Positions 12,333-22,107 of a stretch of DNA of 64,000 nt are shown piece by piece (within the stretch, counting starts at the first letter, position 1; each line of letters starts with the position of its first letter). The stretch comes from Leptonemataceae bacterium (GTDB lineage: Bacteria; Spirochaetota; Leptospiria; Leptospirales; Leptonemataceae). A program made the translations under genes and the position numbers. The stretch spans positions 2,304,001-2,368,000 of the forward strand of contig OZ245742.1 of assembly GCA_965227295.1 (NCBI GenBank), in the 5' to 3' direction. The notes beneath the pieces are model-generated. The model ran no database searches. It worked only from the letters and a program-made list of their open reading frames with translations, and was not told where the DNA came from.

Positions 12333-13386
12333 ATCGCAAACCGACGTCCGGGTCGAGGCGGACTGTCTTAACAAAACGAAAAGCCACAACTCCCGCTCAG
12401 CTGTAGCCAGATCAATCCCTTAACCATTGCGCAGCTTACCTTGTGTGTCTCACGACTAACGCCGCGAACCACAGCTCTTGAGCTACCGGAAAGTTTTATT
12501 CATTCGAGTACGCCCCGAATCGTGATGTAATTTGAGGCCAGTTTGTATTAAGACTCTTATGGGTACAACTGGTTCCAGGCGACCACGGAGGTTGGGCAGG
12601 GGAATGTGGTAAGGCGCACCGGCAGAACTTTCGCATCGGCGGAAGTTCTGAACCGCCGGCTTTCCGCATCGGCGGAAAGCATAAGTCCCCGGCGTCTTCT
12701 TCGTAAGAACCGCTGCGGTAGCTGAGTCGCAAACCGACGTCCGGGTCGAACGCAGCATGCTTTGCAAAACGAAAGTCCACAACTCCCGCTTCGCCGTAGC
12801 CAAAAAAAACCTTTCACGATTGCGCAACTTACCTTGTGTGTCTCACGGTAAACGTCGCGAGACACAGCTCTTGAACTACCGGAAAGTTTTATTCATTCGA
12901 GTACGCCCCGAATCGTGATGTAATTTGAGGCCAGTTTGCATTAAGCCTTTTATGGGTACAACTGGTTCCAGGCGACCACGGAGGTTGGGCAGGGGAATGT
13001 GGTAAGGCGCACCGGCAGAACTTTCGCATCGGCGGAAGTTCTGAACCGCCGGCTTTCCGCATCGGCGGAAAGCATAAGTCCCCGGCGTCTTCTTCGTAAG
13101 AACCGCTGCGGTAGCTGAGTCGCAAACCGACGTCCGGGTCGAACGCAGCATGCTTTGCAAAACGAAAGTCCACAACTCCCGCTCAGCCGTAGCCAAAAAA
13201 TCCCCTTCCCCATTTCGCAGCTTACTTCTTGTTTCTCACGGCCGATGCAACGAACCACAGCTCTTGAACTACCGGAAATGCTTTATTCGTTCGAACACGC
13301 CCCGAACCGTGGTGTAAGTAGCGGTTAGTGTACATTAAGACCTTTATGGTCACGGCTGGTTCCAGCTATCGTAAGAACCGCTGCGG
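12323..13386. repeat. long tandem repeat family, array 3 (~2.8 units, period 393 bp)
   Basis: Anchors at 12477, 12870 and 13263; the two full units are near-identical and carry a double-hairpin insert. Confidence 0.92.
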
Positions 13387-13411
13387 GAATTGTTGCTTGC
13401 CTGTCGGATTC

Positions 13412-14158
13412 TCAGCGCGCCGTTAAGATCAACGGTTCGCCTCTGGTGATCACGACGGTATGCTCAAACTGCGCGGTGTAAGAACGATCGGGCGTGCGCA
13501 GGGTCCAGCCGTCGTCGGCTTCCCGGGCGTACTCGGCGCCGGTGGAGATGAACGTCTCGACGGCGAGCACCAGGCCCTCGGTGGCCAGGCGGCGATCAGA
13601 GGGGTCTTTGTAGTTCACGATGTCGTGGGGTTCCTCGTGCAGCCCGCGGCCCACACCGTGCCCGGCCAGATTGCGAATGACCTTATAGCCGCGTTTCTTC
13701 GCGCCGGCTTCGATGACGCTGCCGATGCGGTTGAGGCGATTGCCCGCGCGAATCGCTCCCAGAGCTTCGCTTAAGATATCTTCAGATGCAGTTACCAGGC
13801 GTTGCAGCTCCGCGCGCCGCGGTTCGATGACCGTCGTGGCGCCGGAGTCCGCGAAGTAGCCGTCCAGTTCCAGGGAGACATCGACGTTCAGGAGGTCGCC
13901 GGGACGGATCTTCTTGTCGCCGGGAATGCCGTGGGCGATCTCGTGGTTCAAAGATATGCACGTGGCCCCGGGGAAATCGTAGGTCAACTCCGGGGCCGAG
14001 CGCGCGCCCTGTGCTTCGAAGTGTTCCCGGGCAAGCTCGTCGAGTTCTCGCTTACTCATCCCGGACCGCGCGCTCGCGAGCATGAGTTTGATGGTATCGG
14101 CCACAACACGACCCACGCGACGCAGGCCGATCAAATCATCTTCGTTTTCTACTGACAT
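13412..14158 (-). CDS. map: type I methionine aminopeptidase
   Basis: CISLNHEIAHGIP, NVDVS, GYFADS, GHGVG, HEEP, AVET, AQFEHT metal-binding motifs. Confidence 0.95.
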   Translation of the reverse strand: MSVENEDDLIGLRRVGRVVADTIKLMLASARSGMSKRELDELAREHFEAQGARSAPELTYDFPGATCISLNHEIAHGIPGDKKIRPGDLLNVDVSLELDGYFADSGATTVIEPRRAELQRLVTASEDILSEALGAIRAGNRLNRIGSVIEAGAKKRGYKVIRNLAGHGVGRGLHEEPHDIVNYKDPSDRRLATEGLVLAVETFISTGAEYAREADDGWTLRTPDRSYTAQFEHTVVITRGEPLILTAR

Positions 14159-14176
14159 ACTTGCACACCAGTTTTG

Positions 14177-14288
14177 ACTCCGAGGACCGAGGTACCGAGG
14201 AAAAGAATGGGGAGGTGGTCATAGCCTGAAAGCGTTCAGGCTATGATCGCCCTCGTTGTTTGAAACTCGGTAGCTCGGTCCTCGGAGT
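14177..14288. repeat. 112-bp nested inverted repeat (long hairpin; REP/MITE-like)
   Basis: Outer arms ACTCCGAGGACCGAGGTACCGAG / CTCGGTAGCTCGGTCCTCGGAGT (1 mismatch); inner stem TCATAGCCTGAA-AGCG-TTCAGGCTATGA. Confidence 0.8.
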
Positions 14289-14296
14289 TGTAATTT

Positions 14297-15712
14297 TTAT
14301 TTCGCCAGCGCTCGCTCCACTGCGATTTTCGCGCCGTCGTAGACGCCGCGTTCCGCCGCGCGGATGACGGCCAGGTTCATTTCAATAAAGACATCGTCCT
14401 CGTCGCACAACAGGCCGATGTAACGCACCGCGTCCTCCGGCTCCCGGCATTCCACCGTGCCCTCGCCGAGTTCCATGGCGCGGATTGCCGACGCCGCCTC
14501 GTGATCGCCGACCCGGCGCAGGAACAGCTTCGGTAACGGGAAGAAGGCGAGCTCCGACGGCTTGGTCGCCAGGATGTCCGAACAACGCATGAGCACGTCG
14601 GTGGCGGCGAAGGCGGCGAAGTGCGACGATTCGAAGTGAAAGATCGTAACGGGTTTCGTGCCCGGCGGATCGTCCTTGCCGATGGCGTGGCCTTCGGCGA
14701 AGGTCTGGAGTTTCGACCAGGAGTCCACCACGGAGTATTCGACGCGCAGTTCTTCGAGATTCTTGCGGAAGGCCTTGAAGACCGGACGATGATCCCCGGC
14801 ATTCAGGAAGAGTCTAATTTCACCTTCCCGTAACTTACCCTGAAGTGCCTCTAAGACTTCGCCGACGTACTTCTTCTGCGCGCCGGCCCCGCCGATAGGC
14901 AGCAGGATGCGCCGCGGCCGGTTGTCCTGCGCGCGCTGGATGCGGGCCTCGGAATCCGCCACGGCGTTTTCGACGAGTTCGCGAGACACCCAGTGCCCGG
15001 CCACGTCGAGTTCTTTTGCGGGCACGCCCATCTCCCGGAAGCGCGCGTAGGACGCGGGGCCCTGGACCAGGTTCACGGCGCCGGGGGCCAGGACGAAGTG
15101 TTGCGGATGATTGTCCGGCACCAGGTTGATGACGTTCGGGAATCCGGAGTGCACCGCGATTTGCGCGTGCAGCGGGTAGGCCGAGACCACGGGCAAATCT
15201 TTCGGCAGATCGCGCATGAGACTCGTGAGTTCCCGGGCGAGCATGTCGGAGAAAAACAGCGAGTTGATGTTCCCGCGGGACATGAGTACGCCCCAGGCCC
15301 ACTCGAAGGGGCCGCCGAAGTCGGCGGAGAGGCGGGAGAAGAACGAGTAGGCCTGATCGATCTCGCGGATCATGTCGGCACCGGGGGCCTGGATGTTCAA
15401 AAGATCGTGGAGGTAGACGTCGCGACCTTTCTGCATGGCCCAGGTGGCGACGGCGTAGGCGATGCGATAGTGGCCGTAGCCCATGCGCACCGTGCCCGCG
15501 ATGAAGCCGTTCTCGGAGACGCCGCCCTCGCCGCGTTCCACCATGTTCAGGTTGTTCACCAGCGTCGAAGGTTTCGCGGTCAACGGGAGGCGCTCCCCGG
15601 GTTTCGTGAGGGGGTAGCGCATCAACAAACCCTGGCGGATGACGCCCAGGGTTTGCAGGGAAAGCAGGTCGGCCTCGTGGCCGTAGATGATGTTGGATTC
15701 CGGTTCGCTCAT
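14297..15712 (-). CDS. conserved hypothetical protein, GT-B glycosyltransferase-like
   Basis: MGYGH N-terminal motif, IGGAGAQ, DILATKPSEL, as in MGDG-synthase-like folds; start set at MSEPES. Confidence 0.65.
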   Translation of the reverse strand: MSEPESNIIYGHEADLLSLQTLGVIRQGLLMRYPLTKPGERLPLTAKPSTLVNNLNMVERGEGGVSENGFIAGTVRMGYGHYRIAYAVATWAMQKGRDVYLHDLLNIQAPGADMIREIDQAYSFFSRLSADFGGPFEWAWGVLMSRGNINSLFFSDMLARELTSLMRDLPKDLPVVSAYPLHAQIAVHSGFPNVINLVPDNHPQHFVLAPGAVNLVQGPASYARFREMGVPAKELDVAGHWVSRELVENAVADSEARIQRAQDNRPRRILLPIGGAGAQKKYVGEVLEALQGKLREGEIRLFLNAGDHRPVFKAFRKNLEELRVEYSVVDSWSKLQTFAEGHAIGKDDPPGTKPVTIFHFESSHFAAFAATDVLMRCSDILATKPSELAFFPLPKLFLRRVGDHEAASAIRAMELGEGTVECREPEDAVRYIGLLCDEDDVFIEMNLAVIRAAERGVYDGAKIAVERALAK

Positions 15713-15819
15713 TGGTTGCTCGGTGAATGGTTTCGCCAATTGTGGGGCCGTACTGGATGAAAGCAAGAGAATCCTGTGTCGTTCGGGAACGCCGGTGAGC
15801 CGGATAGCTGCGATTCAAC

Positions 15820-16245
15820 CTACCTCTGTAACCGTTTGATAAAAATGATTTCCGGCACGTCCTGTATTGGAGCAAAATCGTTGATGATGCCGGCGTGCTC
15901 AAAGCCGATCTGCCGGTGCCATGTTTGCGGTTCCGGCTCATCTTGCTGAGAGGAACTCATGATGACTGATTGTCCGTTTTCGAAAGCATAGTCCTCCAAA
16001 AACTTGACGATGGATTTTCCGATTCCTTGTCTGCGATGTTCCTGCTCGACGAGGACCATATCGATGCAGGGAATTTCCGACCAGAATAAGGTGAACCGTA
16101 GGAATCCGAGGTGAGTGTCGCCTTGTTTTGCGACTATGTACTCCTGCCGCTTGATTTTTTCTTCTACCTTACCCTTCGAAAGATGATCGTTGTTTGAGAG
16201 ATAGTCGATATCTCCTGACGTGGCGAAGCCGATAATTGGATTCAT
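15820..16245 (-). CDS. GNAT family N-acetyltransferase
   Basis: VEQEHRRQGIGK acetyl-CoA motif; looks lower in GC than its flanks. Confidence 0.85.
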   Translation of the reverse strand: MNPIIGFATSGDIDYLSNNDHLSKGKVEEKIKRQEYIVAKQGDTHLGFLRFTLFWSEIPCIDMVLVEQEHRRQGIGKSIVKFLEDYAFENGQSVIMSSSQQDEPEPQTWHRQIGFEHAGIINDFAPIQDVPEIIFIKRLQR

Positions 16246-16359
16246 TGCGCTGGTATCCAGGAATCATGGGTGAACCTGTGAGAATTTCAAGAGTTTTCAC
16301 CGGGCATATTCTGCATTCTTGCATCAGCCGGAGGGGGGGGAGAGTTTATGGAATCCGAC

Positions 16360-16387
16360 TTGACGCATCTTTCCTGTGTGCCATTCT
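16360..16387 (+). promoter_or_regulatory. possible sigma70-type promoter of the TA locus
   Basis: TTGACG-N16-CATTCT about 20 bp upstream of ATG 16407. Confidence 0.35.
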
Positions 16388-16406
16388 TCTGAACAGGAAG
16401 CGAGTC

Positions 16407-16676
16407 ATGAGCGAAATTACCGTATCAATTCCGGATCATCTGCTGCTTACGCTGAATCTCAGCAAAGACGAACTCGGCACGGCCATGAAGCTCGAGTACG
16501 CGGCCCGGTTGTTCGCGGAGAAGCGGTTGTCCCTCGGTCAGGCCGCCGCCCTCTCCGGCAAATCCGTGGCCGGCTTTATGGACTTCGCTTCGGAGAAAGG
16601 CATCCCCGTGATCAACCATGATCCGCAAGACATCCGCCGTGAGCTTGAGGATTTGGCCTCGCTGAAGCCGGCTTGA
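16407..16676 (+). CDS. UPF0175 family putative antitoxin
   Basis: MSEITVSIPD...LFAEKRLSLGQAAALSG HTH pattern; coupled to a PIN-domain gene. Confidence 0.8.
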   Translation: MSEITVSIPDHLLLTLNLSKDELGTAMKLEYAARLFAEKRLSLGQAAALSGKSVAGFMDFASEKGIPVINHDPQDIRRELEDLASLKPA

Positions 16677-16936
16677 TGCGCGTCATCGCAGACGCCTCCC
16701 CGCTGATGGCGCTGGTCACGATCGGGAAAATCGATTTGCTGGATCGTTTTTCCGCGACGGTGCATATTCCGCCTGCGGTGTTTCAAGAGATTGCCATACC
16801 CGAAAAGCCGTTCGCCCGCCTGTTGTCTGAATGGGCCCGCGACAAGGAGGCCGCTTTAGATACTCCCAAAGTTGCGGATGGTCTGGAATTAGCGCTGGGA
16901 CGTGGCGAGTCCGAGGGGGAAGTTGAACTTCTATGA
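16676..16936 (+). pseudogene. truncated DUF3368/PIN-domain toxin
   Basis: VIADASPL, IPPAVFQE and LGRGESE present, then a stop at 86 aa, about half the usual length. Confidence 0.75.
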
Positions 16937-17531
16937 ATTTGAGTAAACTTAAGGCTGAACTGGCTTCTCGGTATCTGTATGACACCGTATCGAGAAGATA
17001 GAGGATAATTCAAAGGGAGAACGTTGGCCGGATATTCTTGCCACAAAGTCCGATGGAAATAGGGTACGAATAGAGGTTGCCCAGAGGTATCGGGATGAGG
17101 GCGCAGGCGATGAGGGATCGCAGAGTCGCCGACGCTTTCAGGCCTGGAAAGACTTTGCATTTCGCTTGCGCCAGAAAATCAGGTCGTCTGAAACAGACCA
17201 TCCCAATGGCCCATACTTTTATGGTTGCTTGAGTCTCAAAGAAGAAGGGTTCAAAGATCTTATTGCAGAGAGGGAGAGGCGCGATAAGGCGAAGACGGAC
17301 TATTTCATAATCGCTGACGAGATTTCGGAGACGATACTGGCGGCATTGAAAGATATGCCCCGGAGTCCGGATTGGCAGCAATTGCCGATTGATACTGCTC
17401 GGAATAAATACATAGCGTCTGCCAGGGTGAAGGCATTTCCGGAAAAGGATATACTCTGGTGGGAACAGAGTTTGCTGACTTCAATCGCCTCTCGGGAAGA
17501 GATCGCAGATGCCGTGGCTGAGCGGGCGTAG
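16933..17531 (+). pseudogene. frameshifted PD-(D/E)XK-like nuclease fragment
   Basis: ATG 16933 frame stops after 22 codons; the -1 frame 16983-17531 is open without an early start and contains ERWPDILATKSDGNRVRIEV; it ends inside a REP-like element. Confidence 0.5.
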
Positions 17532-17579
17532 CCCTGGAAAGCGCGGTGCCCCGCCGCCACCGCCGCCGGGCAGACGCCC
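17525..17579 (+). repeat. REP-like structured element, partial (3' half)
   Basis: AGCCCTGGAAAGCGCGG - hairpin - ACGCCC, matching the copy at 39985. Confidence 0.7.
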
Positions 17580-17676
17580 AACAGGACTCAACTTTCCCCC
17601 ATTTCCGCGAGTGACTTTTGATTGCCTGCCTCGTCTATCTTCTATATAGAAGCATTGTAGGAACACTTACAGCGTT

Positions 17677-18762
17677 ATGTCCCGGAAGCCCAAGACATCC
17701 CCGAAACCCCCACCGCGCCGCGCCGCCAAACCCGCGCAGGCATCGGTCCAATCAACCCGACCGCCGAAGAAATCCTTCCGCCTGCTGCTGCTTCTGATTC
17801 CCGCCGTCGTTTTGATCGGTGGCGGCGGCGCGCTCCTGGCGTTCGCGCTGCCGGGTGCCGCCCCGGGCGACGGCAGCCGCACATTGAACTACGAGGTCCG
17901 TCCCGGCGTCGGCGCCTACACCGTCGCGAAAGAGCTACAGACCGAGGGCATGATCGCTTCGGCGGATTGGTTCCGCATGTGGCTGCGAATCACCGGGCAG
18001 AGCGGCGCCATTAAGGTCGGCGTTTACGAACTGAACGACGGCATGTCGGCGCAGACCGTCGCTGCAATTCTTACGGAAGGTCGCGTGCGGCTCACCGCGC
18101 TCACGATCCCCGAGGGCTGGAACCACCGGCAAATCGGCGACTACCTGGCCGAGAAGGGATTCGTCGAAGACCGCGAGGAGTGGCTGCGCATTTCCCGCGA
18201 TCCGGAAGTCCGCACGAAGTACGGCATCCCCGACGACACCACCGAGGGTTATCTTTTTCCGGACACCTACATGGTGGCAGAGGGAACGAGCGCCGAACGC
18301 ATTCACGTGATCATGATCGAACACTTCTTCGAGATCCTCGAAGAGGTTGCCGGCACACGTAAGGTTACGCCAGACATTCGCAAACGCATCCTGCTCGCTT
18401 CGATCGTTGAGCGCGAGGCCGTGCGTCCGGAAGAGCGGCCGCTCATGGCGCAGGTGTTCTTGAATCGCCTGGAGCGGAACATGCGTCTCGAAAGTTGCGC
18501 CACGATTCAGTACCTGTTCGAAAAACCCAGGCGCCGTCTCTACGAGAAGGATTTGCAAATCCCGTCGCCCTACAACACGTATCGCAACGCCGGGCTGCCG
18601 CCGGGGCCCATCTCAAATCCCGGCCGGGCCGCCATTGAGGCCGCCTTTGAGCCGAAGCCGAGTGATTTTCTCTTTTTTGTCCTTAAACCGGACGGCTCGC
18701 ACCATTTCTCGGCGACCTATGCCGAGCATTTGAACGCCAAAAAGAAGTACATCGACTCCTGA
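17677..18762 (+). CDS. mltG: endolytic transglycosylase MltG
   Basis: N-terminal TM; TIPEG, EGYLFPDTY, ASIVERE, SPYNTY, GLPPGPISNPG. Confidence 0.95.
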   Translation: MSRKPKTSPKPPPRRAAKPAQASVQSTRPPKKSFRLLLLLIPAVVLIGGGGALLAFALPGAAPGDGSRTLNYEVRPGVGAYTVAKELQTEGMIASADWFRMWLRITGQSGAIKVGVYELNDGMSAQTVAAILTEGRVRLTALTIPEGWNHRQIGDYLAEKGFVEDREEWLRISRDPEVRTKYGIPDDTTEGYLFPDTYMVAEGTSAERIHVIMIEHFFEILEEVAGTRKVTPDIRKRILLASIVEREAVRPEERPLMAQVFLNRLERNMRLESCATIQYLFEKPRRRLYEKDLQIPSPYNTYRNAGLPPGPISNPGRAAIEAAFEPKPSDFLFFVLKPDGSHHFSATYAEHLNAKKKYIDS

Positions 18763-18782
18763 AATCCGCCGATACATCCCAT

Positions 18783-19277
18783 GTGAAAGCGGAAACTGTC
18801 GAACGAGCGAAATCATTGCCGGATAAACAGGACCAGAAACAGACCGGCGGAGCGCAGGCGAAAGACCTCAGCAACGTCGCGTCGCGTTTGAAAGCGCATC
18901 TCACCGAACTCGAACGCGAGTACGTGCGCCTGGAAGCCGAGCTGAAGAAAAAGAAAGCGGCCCGGGCGGATCGTGAAGCCGCCGACGGTGACGAACGTGC
19001 GCGCCTGGACGAGCTGCACTACAGCGTTAAGAAGTCCGAGGCCTACGCCAAAAAGCAGCGCGAGTTCCTCGACAAACTGAAAGTCTTTCACGAGCGCAAC
19101 GAATCACTGCTCAACACCATCGCCGATCGCTTAGGTGACCTTGAGCGTGAGTTTGTCGACGGCGCCCCCGAGCAGGCCGGCGACCGCGAACGCCTGCGCG
19201 GCGAACTGGTGTCCATGCTCTCCGAACTACAGACCATGCGCCAACGCCGTGAGACGTTGCTACAGAAATTGCAATAG
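18783..19277 (+). CDS. coiled-coil hypothetical protein
   Basis: Charged heptad-rich ORF directly after mltG. Confidence 0.7.
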   Translation: MKAETVERAKSLPDKQDQKQTGGAQAKDLSNVASRLKAHLTELEREYVRLEAELKKKKAARADREAADGDERARLDELHYSVKKSEAYAKKQREFLDKLKVFHERNESLLNTIADRLGDLEREFVDGAPEQAGDRERLRGELVSMLSELQTMRQRRETLLQKLQ

Positions 19278-19397
19278 TCAAGTCGCTTCTTCCGCGCGGG
19301 GTCACGCCCAAACTAACTTCAGAACATCTACACTTAGATTCGGAGCGTTCCCGAGTCGAAGCCATCTTAAACAGCGCGTTCCCGAGTCGCAGCAGTC

Positions 19398-20012
19398 TTA
19401 ACCGGTCAGCACCGGCATATCCGCCAGGTACTGCTCAATCCCGCTCATGATCATCTCGACGGCCACGCCGCCGATGAACAGGGCGTTGGTGCGCATGAGG
19501 ATCGCGAAGTACTTGCCCAGCAAGGTTTCCGACGCCCCGCTCAGCCGATCGAAGATCACGTGATACAACACCAGCACCACGAAGTTCACGGCCAGCACCC
19601 CGCCGATCAGGCCCAGGGAGATCGGAGCCGGGTGTTCCCGACCGATCAATAACGCCACCCAGATGGTTCCCGGCCCCACCATGTACGGCAGCGAGATTTG
19701 CGTGGCCAGTTCGGAGATGTCGCCGCGAAAGAGCAGGTTGCTGCCCGCGCCCTGGGTCACGTAACGATAAGCGATGTAGAGCATGATCAAGCCGCCGAAG
19801 ATTTGCAACGAGGCCAGGCGGACCTGGAAGATCGTGCTCATGATGAAGTCGCCGAAGAGCGCGAAGATTACGAAGACCCCGTACGACAACAGCGTGGCGC
19901 GCAAATGCACGCCCATGAATTCCCGCGGGCGCAGGCGTTGCATGAGCTCACTGAGATACAGCGTCTGCGCGAAGGGGTTGAGGATCACGAGCATTAAGAG
20001 AAATTCTTGCAT
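19398..20012 (-). CDS. MarC family membrane protein
   Basis: ILNPF, LQIFGG, PYMVGPGTI; about 6 TM helices. Confidence 0.9.
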   Translation of the reverse strand: MQEFLLMLVILNPFAQTLYLSELMQRLRPREFMGVHLRATLLSYGVFVIFALFGDFIMSTIFQVRLASLQIFGGLIMLYIAYRYVTQGAGSNLLFRGDISELATQISLPYMVGPGTIWVALLIGREHPAPISLGLIGGVLAVNFVVLVLYHVIFDRLSGASETLLGKYFAILMRTNALFIGGVAVEMIMSGIEQYLADMPVLTG

Positions 20013-20014
20013 GT

Positions 20015-21157
20015 TCAGCCGCTTATGGTGTCGTCGATAGGATTGTCCTCGATGAACTCGTCAAGAACATAAACTTCTACCGGATCGGTCTTACCGCGAA
20101 TTTCCATGGTGCCCGCCGGCCGCACGCTGACGTGGTCTTTCACGGCCTCGTAGGTCGCGGCGTCCATGACGATGTCCACGCCGCCCTCGATGACCTTCGT
20201 CTGCTCCTGGAGTCGTGCCGCCAGGTTTACCGGATCGCCGAGCACCGAGTACTCCATGCGTCGCCAGCTCCCGACGTTGCCCGCGAAGATGTTGCCCGTG
20301 GCAATGCCGATGCCGATGCGCAACGGATCGCCGCCCGGCGTGCCGCCGGTGTGTTCGTTGAAGATCTTCACGTAGTTGCGCATGTAAGCCGCGGTCTTCA
20401 CGCAGTTGTAGACGTCGTTTTCGCCCGGCTGCGGACAACCGAACGTGGCCAGGATGCCGTCGCCGGTGAGTTTGTTTACCGAACCCAGGTTGCCGAAGAC
20501 CAGGTCCATCATGTCCGTAAAGATGGTACTCAGGAAGTCCGCGAATTCGTTGGGATCCATGTGTTCGGCGATGCCCGTGCTGTTGCGGATGTCCATGAAC
20601 AGCAACGAGGCGTCGAGCTTGGTGCCGCCCAGTTCGGCCTTAATTTCTTCTGAAAGAATCTTTTCGACGAGGTCGCTGGAGAAGTACTTCGATAGCAGGC
20701 CCTTCTCACGCTCCAGCTTCGCGTTGACGTCGTTCAGCCGGCGCTTGTACTTGAGCAGCTCCAGAGAGTTCTGAATCTTGAGCGTCAGCTCGGCCATGCG
20801 AATGGGCTTCGCAATGAACTCGGTCGCCCCGCTCGACAGACAGACGATGGTCGTTTCTTCGGAGTCGTCCGAGGACATGATCATGACCGGGACGTCGGCG
20901 GTCTCCGGGGCTTCGCGGATCTCTTTGAGAACGACCATGCCCGGCGTGTTCGGCAAATACAGATCCAGCAACACGAGGTCCGGCACCCAGGTTTTGAGAA
21001 GATCCAGGGCCTCCGGGCCGTCGTCGGCGGCGCGGACCTCGTAGCCCAGCATGCCGACGTACTGGCGGACCAATGCGAGTTGATCAGGATCGTCCTCGAT
21101 CACGAGGATACGATCCGCGGTGCCCGTTGCAGTTGTCGAATTGTGCACTTCGTTCAC
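20015..21157 (-). CDS. response regulator receiver - class III adenylate/guanylate cyclase
   Basis: ILVIEDD, LLDLYLP, FIAKP; FMDIRNST, NKLTGDG, GDPVNLAARL. Confidence 0.92.
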   Translation of the reverse strand: MNEVHNSTTATGTADRILVIEDDPDQLALVRQYVGMLGYEVRAADDGPEALDLLKTWVPDLVLLDLYLPNTPGMVVLKEIREAPETADVPVMIMSSDDSEETTIVCLSSGATEFIAKPIRMAELTLKIQNSLELLKYKRRLNDVNAKLEREKGLLSKYFSSDLVEKILSEEIKAELGGTKLDASLLFMDIRNSTGIAEHMDPNEFADFLSTIFTDMMDLVFGNLGSVNKLTGDGILATFGCPQPGENDVYNCVKTAAYMRNYVKIFNEHTGGTPGGDPLRIGIGIATGNIFAGNVGSWRRMEYSVLGDPVNLAARLQEQTKVIEGGVDIVMDAATYEAVKDHVSVRPAGTMEIRGKTDPVEVYVLDEFIEDNPIDDTISG

Positions 21158-21160
21158 GGT

Positions 21161-22003
21161 TCAACCGCTGACGACTTGTTTATAGAAGGGATGGTCCTGA
21201 ATCAAAGCGTAGCGGCCCTCGCCGAACTCTTTGGCCAGGAGATCTTCGGCCTGGTAATGTGCGACGAGCGCATCTTTGCGGGATAGGTCGCGTTCGAAGA
21301 GGGGAATGCCGATCAGCTCTCGCGCGACGAGGCTGCCCAGGGCGGAAAGGCGCACCAGGTCGGACATCTCGCCGATGCGGGCGGCGTCGAATTCGTGTTC
21401 GGAGATGATTTCTTTGAGTTGCTCCGGCAGCTTCCAGGTATTAAAAACCGTGCGGCCGATTTCCACGTGGTCGGTCTTGAACGTTTCCCGCTCCATCTCC
21501 ACGAAGTCCCGGTCGCGTTTCTCCGCCGTTTCCAGGAGGAGCTTGTATTGTTTCGACTGGTTCAATGCGAAGATGGTCATGCCGATTTTATGCAGCAGGC
21601 CGCCGACGAAGATCTCGTCCTTGAATTCCTTGTGGCCCAGCTTCTGGCACAGCTCCTGGGCGACCAGGGCCGCGACGATGGGAAACTCCTGTAAGTACTT
21701 TACGAGCATTTCGCCTTTGAGCGAGCCCGAGATGCTCTGCGTGGAGAGCAGGATGACGAGGTTCTTTACCGTCTTTAAGCCGAGCAGGGTGATGGCGTCG
21801 CGCAGGGTCTTGACCTTGCCGGAGCGACCGTAGAACGCGGAGTTGGAGATGCGCAGAATCTCCGCGCTGACACCCTTGTCCGGCGTAATGATTTGTTCCA
21901 GGGAGTAGCTGCTGGCCTTGTCCGAGTTCGGGTCGAACTGCATGACCTGGATGGCCACCATCGATAGTGGAGGAATTTTAGTTTCGGAAAGGTTCTCGTT
22001 CAT
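21161..22003 (-). CDS. HDOD domain protein
   Basis: IPPLS, LRISNSAFYG, AITLLG, GLLHKIG, DHVEIG, WKLP. Confidence 0.9.
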   Translation of the reverse strand: MNENLSETKIPPLSMVAIQVMQFDPNSDKASSYSLEQIITPDKGVSAEILRISNSAFYGRSGKVKTLRDAITLLGLKTVKNLVILLSTQSISGSLKGEMLVKYLQEFPIVAALVAQELCQKLGHKEFKDEIFVGGLLHKIGMTIFALNQSKQYKLLLETAEKRDRDFVEMERETFKTDHVEIGRTVFNTWKLPEQLKEIISEHEFDAARIGEMSDLVRLSALGSLVARELIGIPLFERDLSRKDALVAHYQAEDLLAKEFGEGRYALIQDHPFYKQVVSG

Positions 22004-22107
22004 ATGGTTACGGCAACGCGCGGTAAATCAGCCTGTGGACGCATCCTGAGATTACTCCGGGAATCCAACAATACTTTTTCGTCGCGTAAATGCGTGCACC
22101 TCATGAG

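Noticed and set aside
1690..13386. CRISPR array or protein-coding interpretation of the long repeats
   Set aside because: Units are 330-422 bp with no unique spacers and no cas genes; the short ORFs over them differ in frame and stops between copies.
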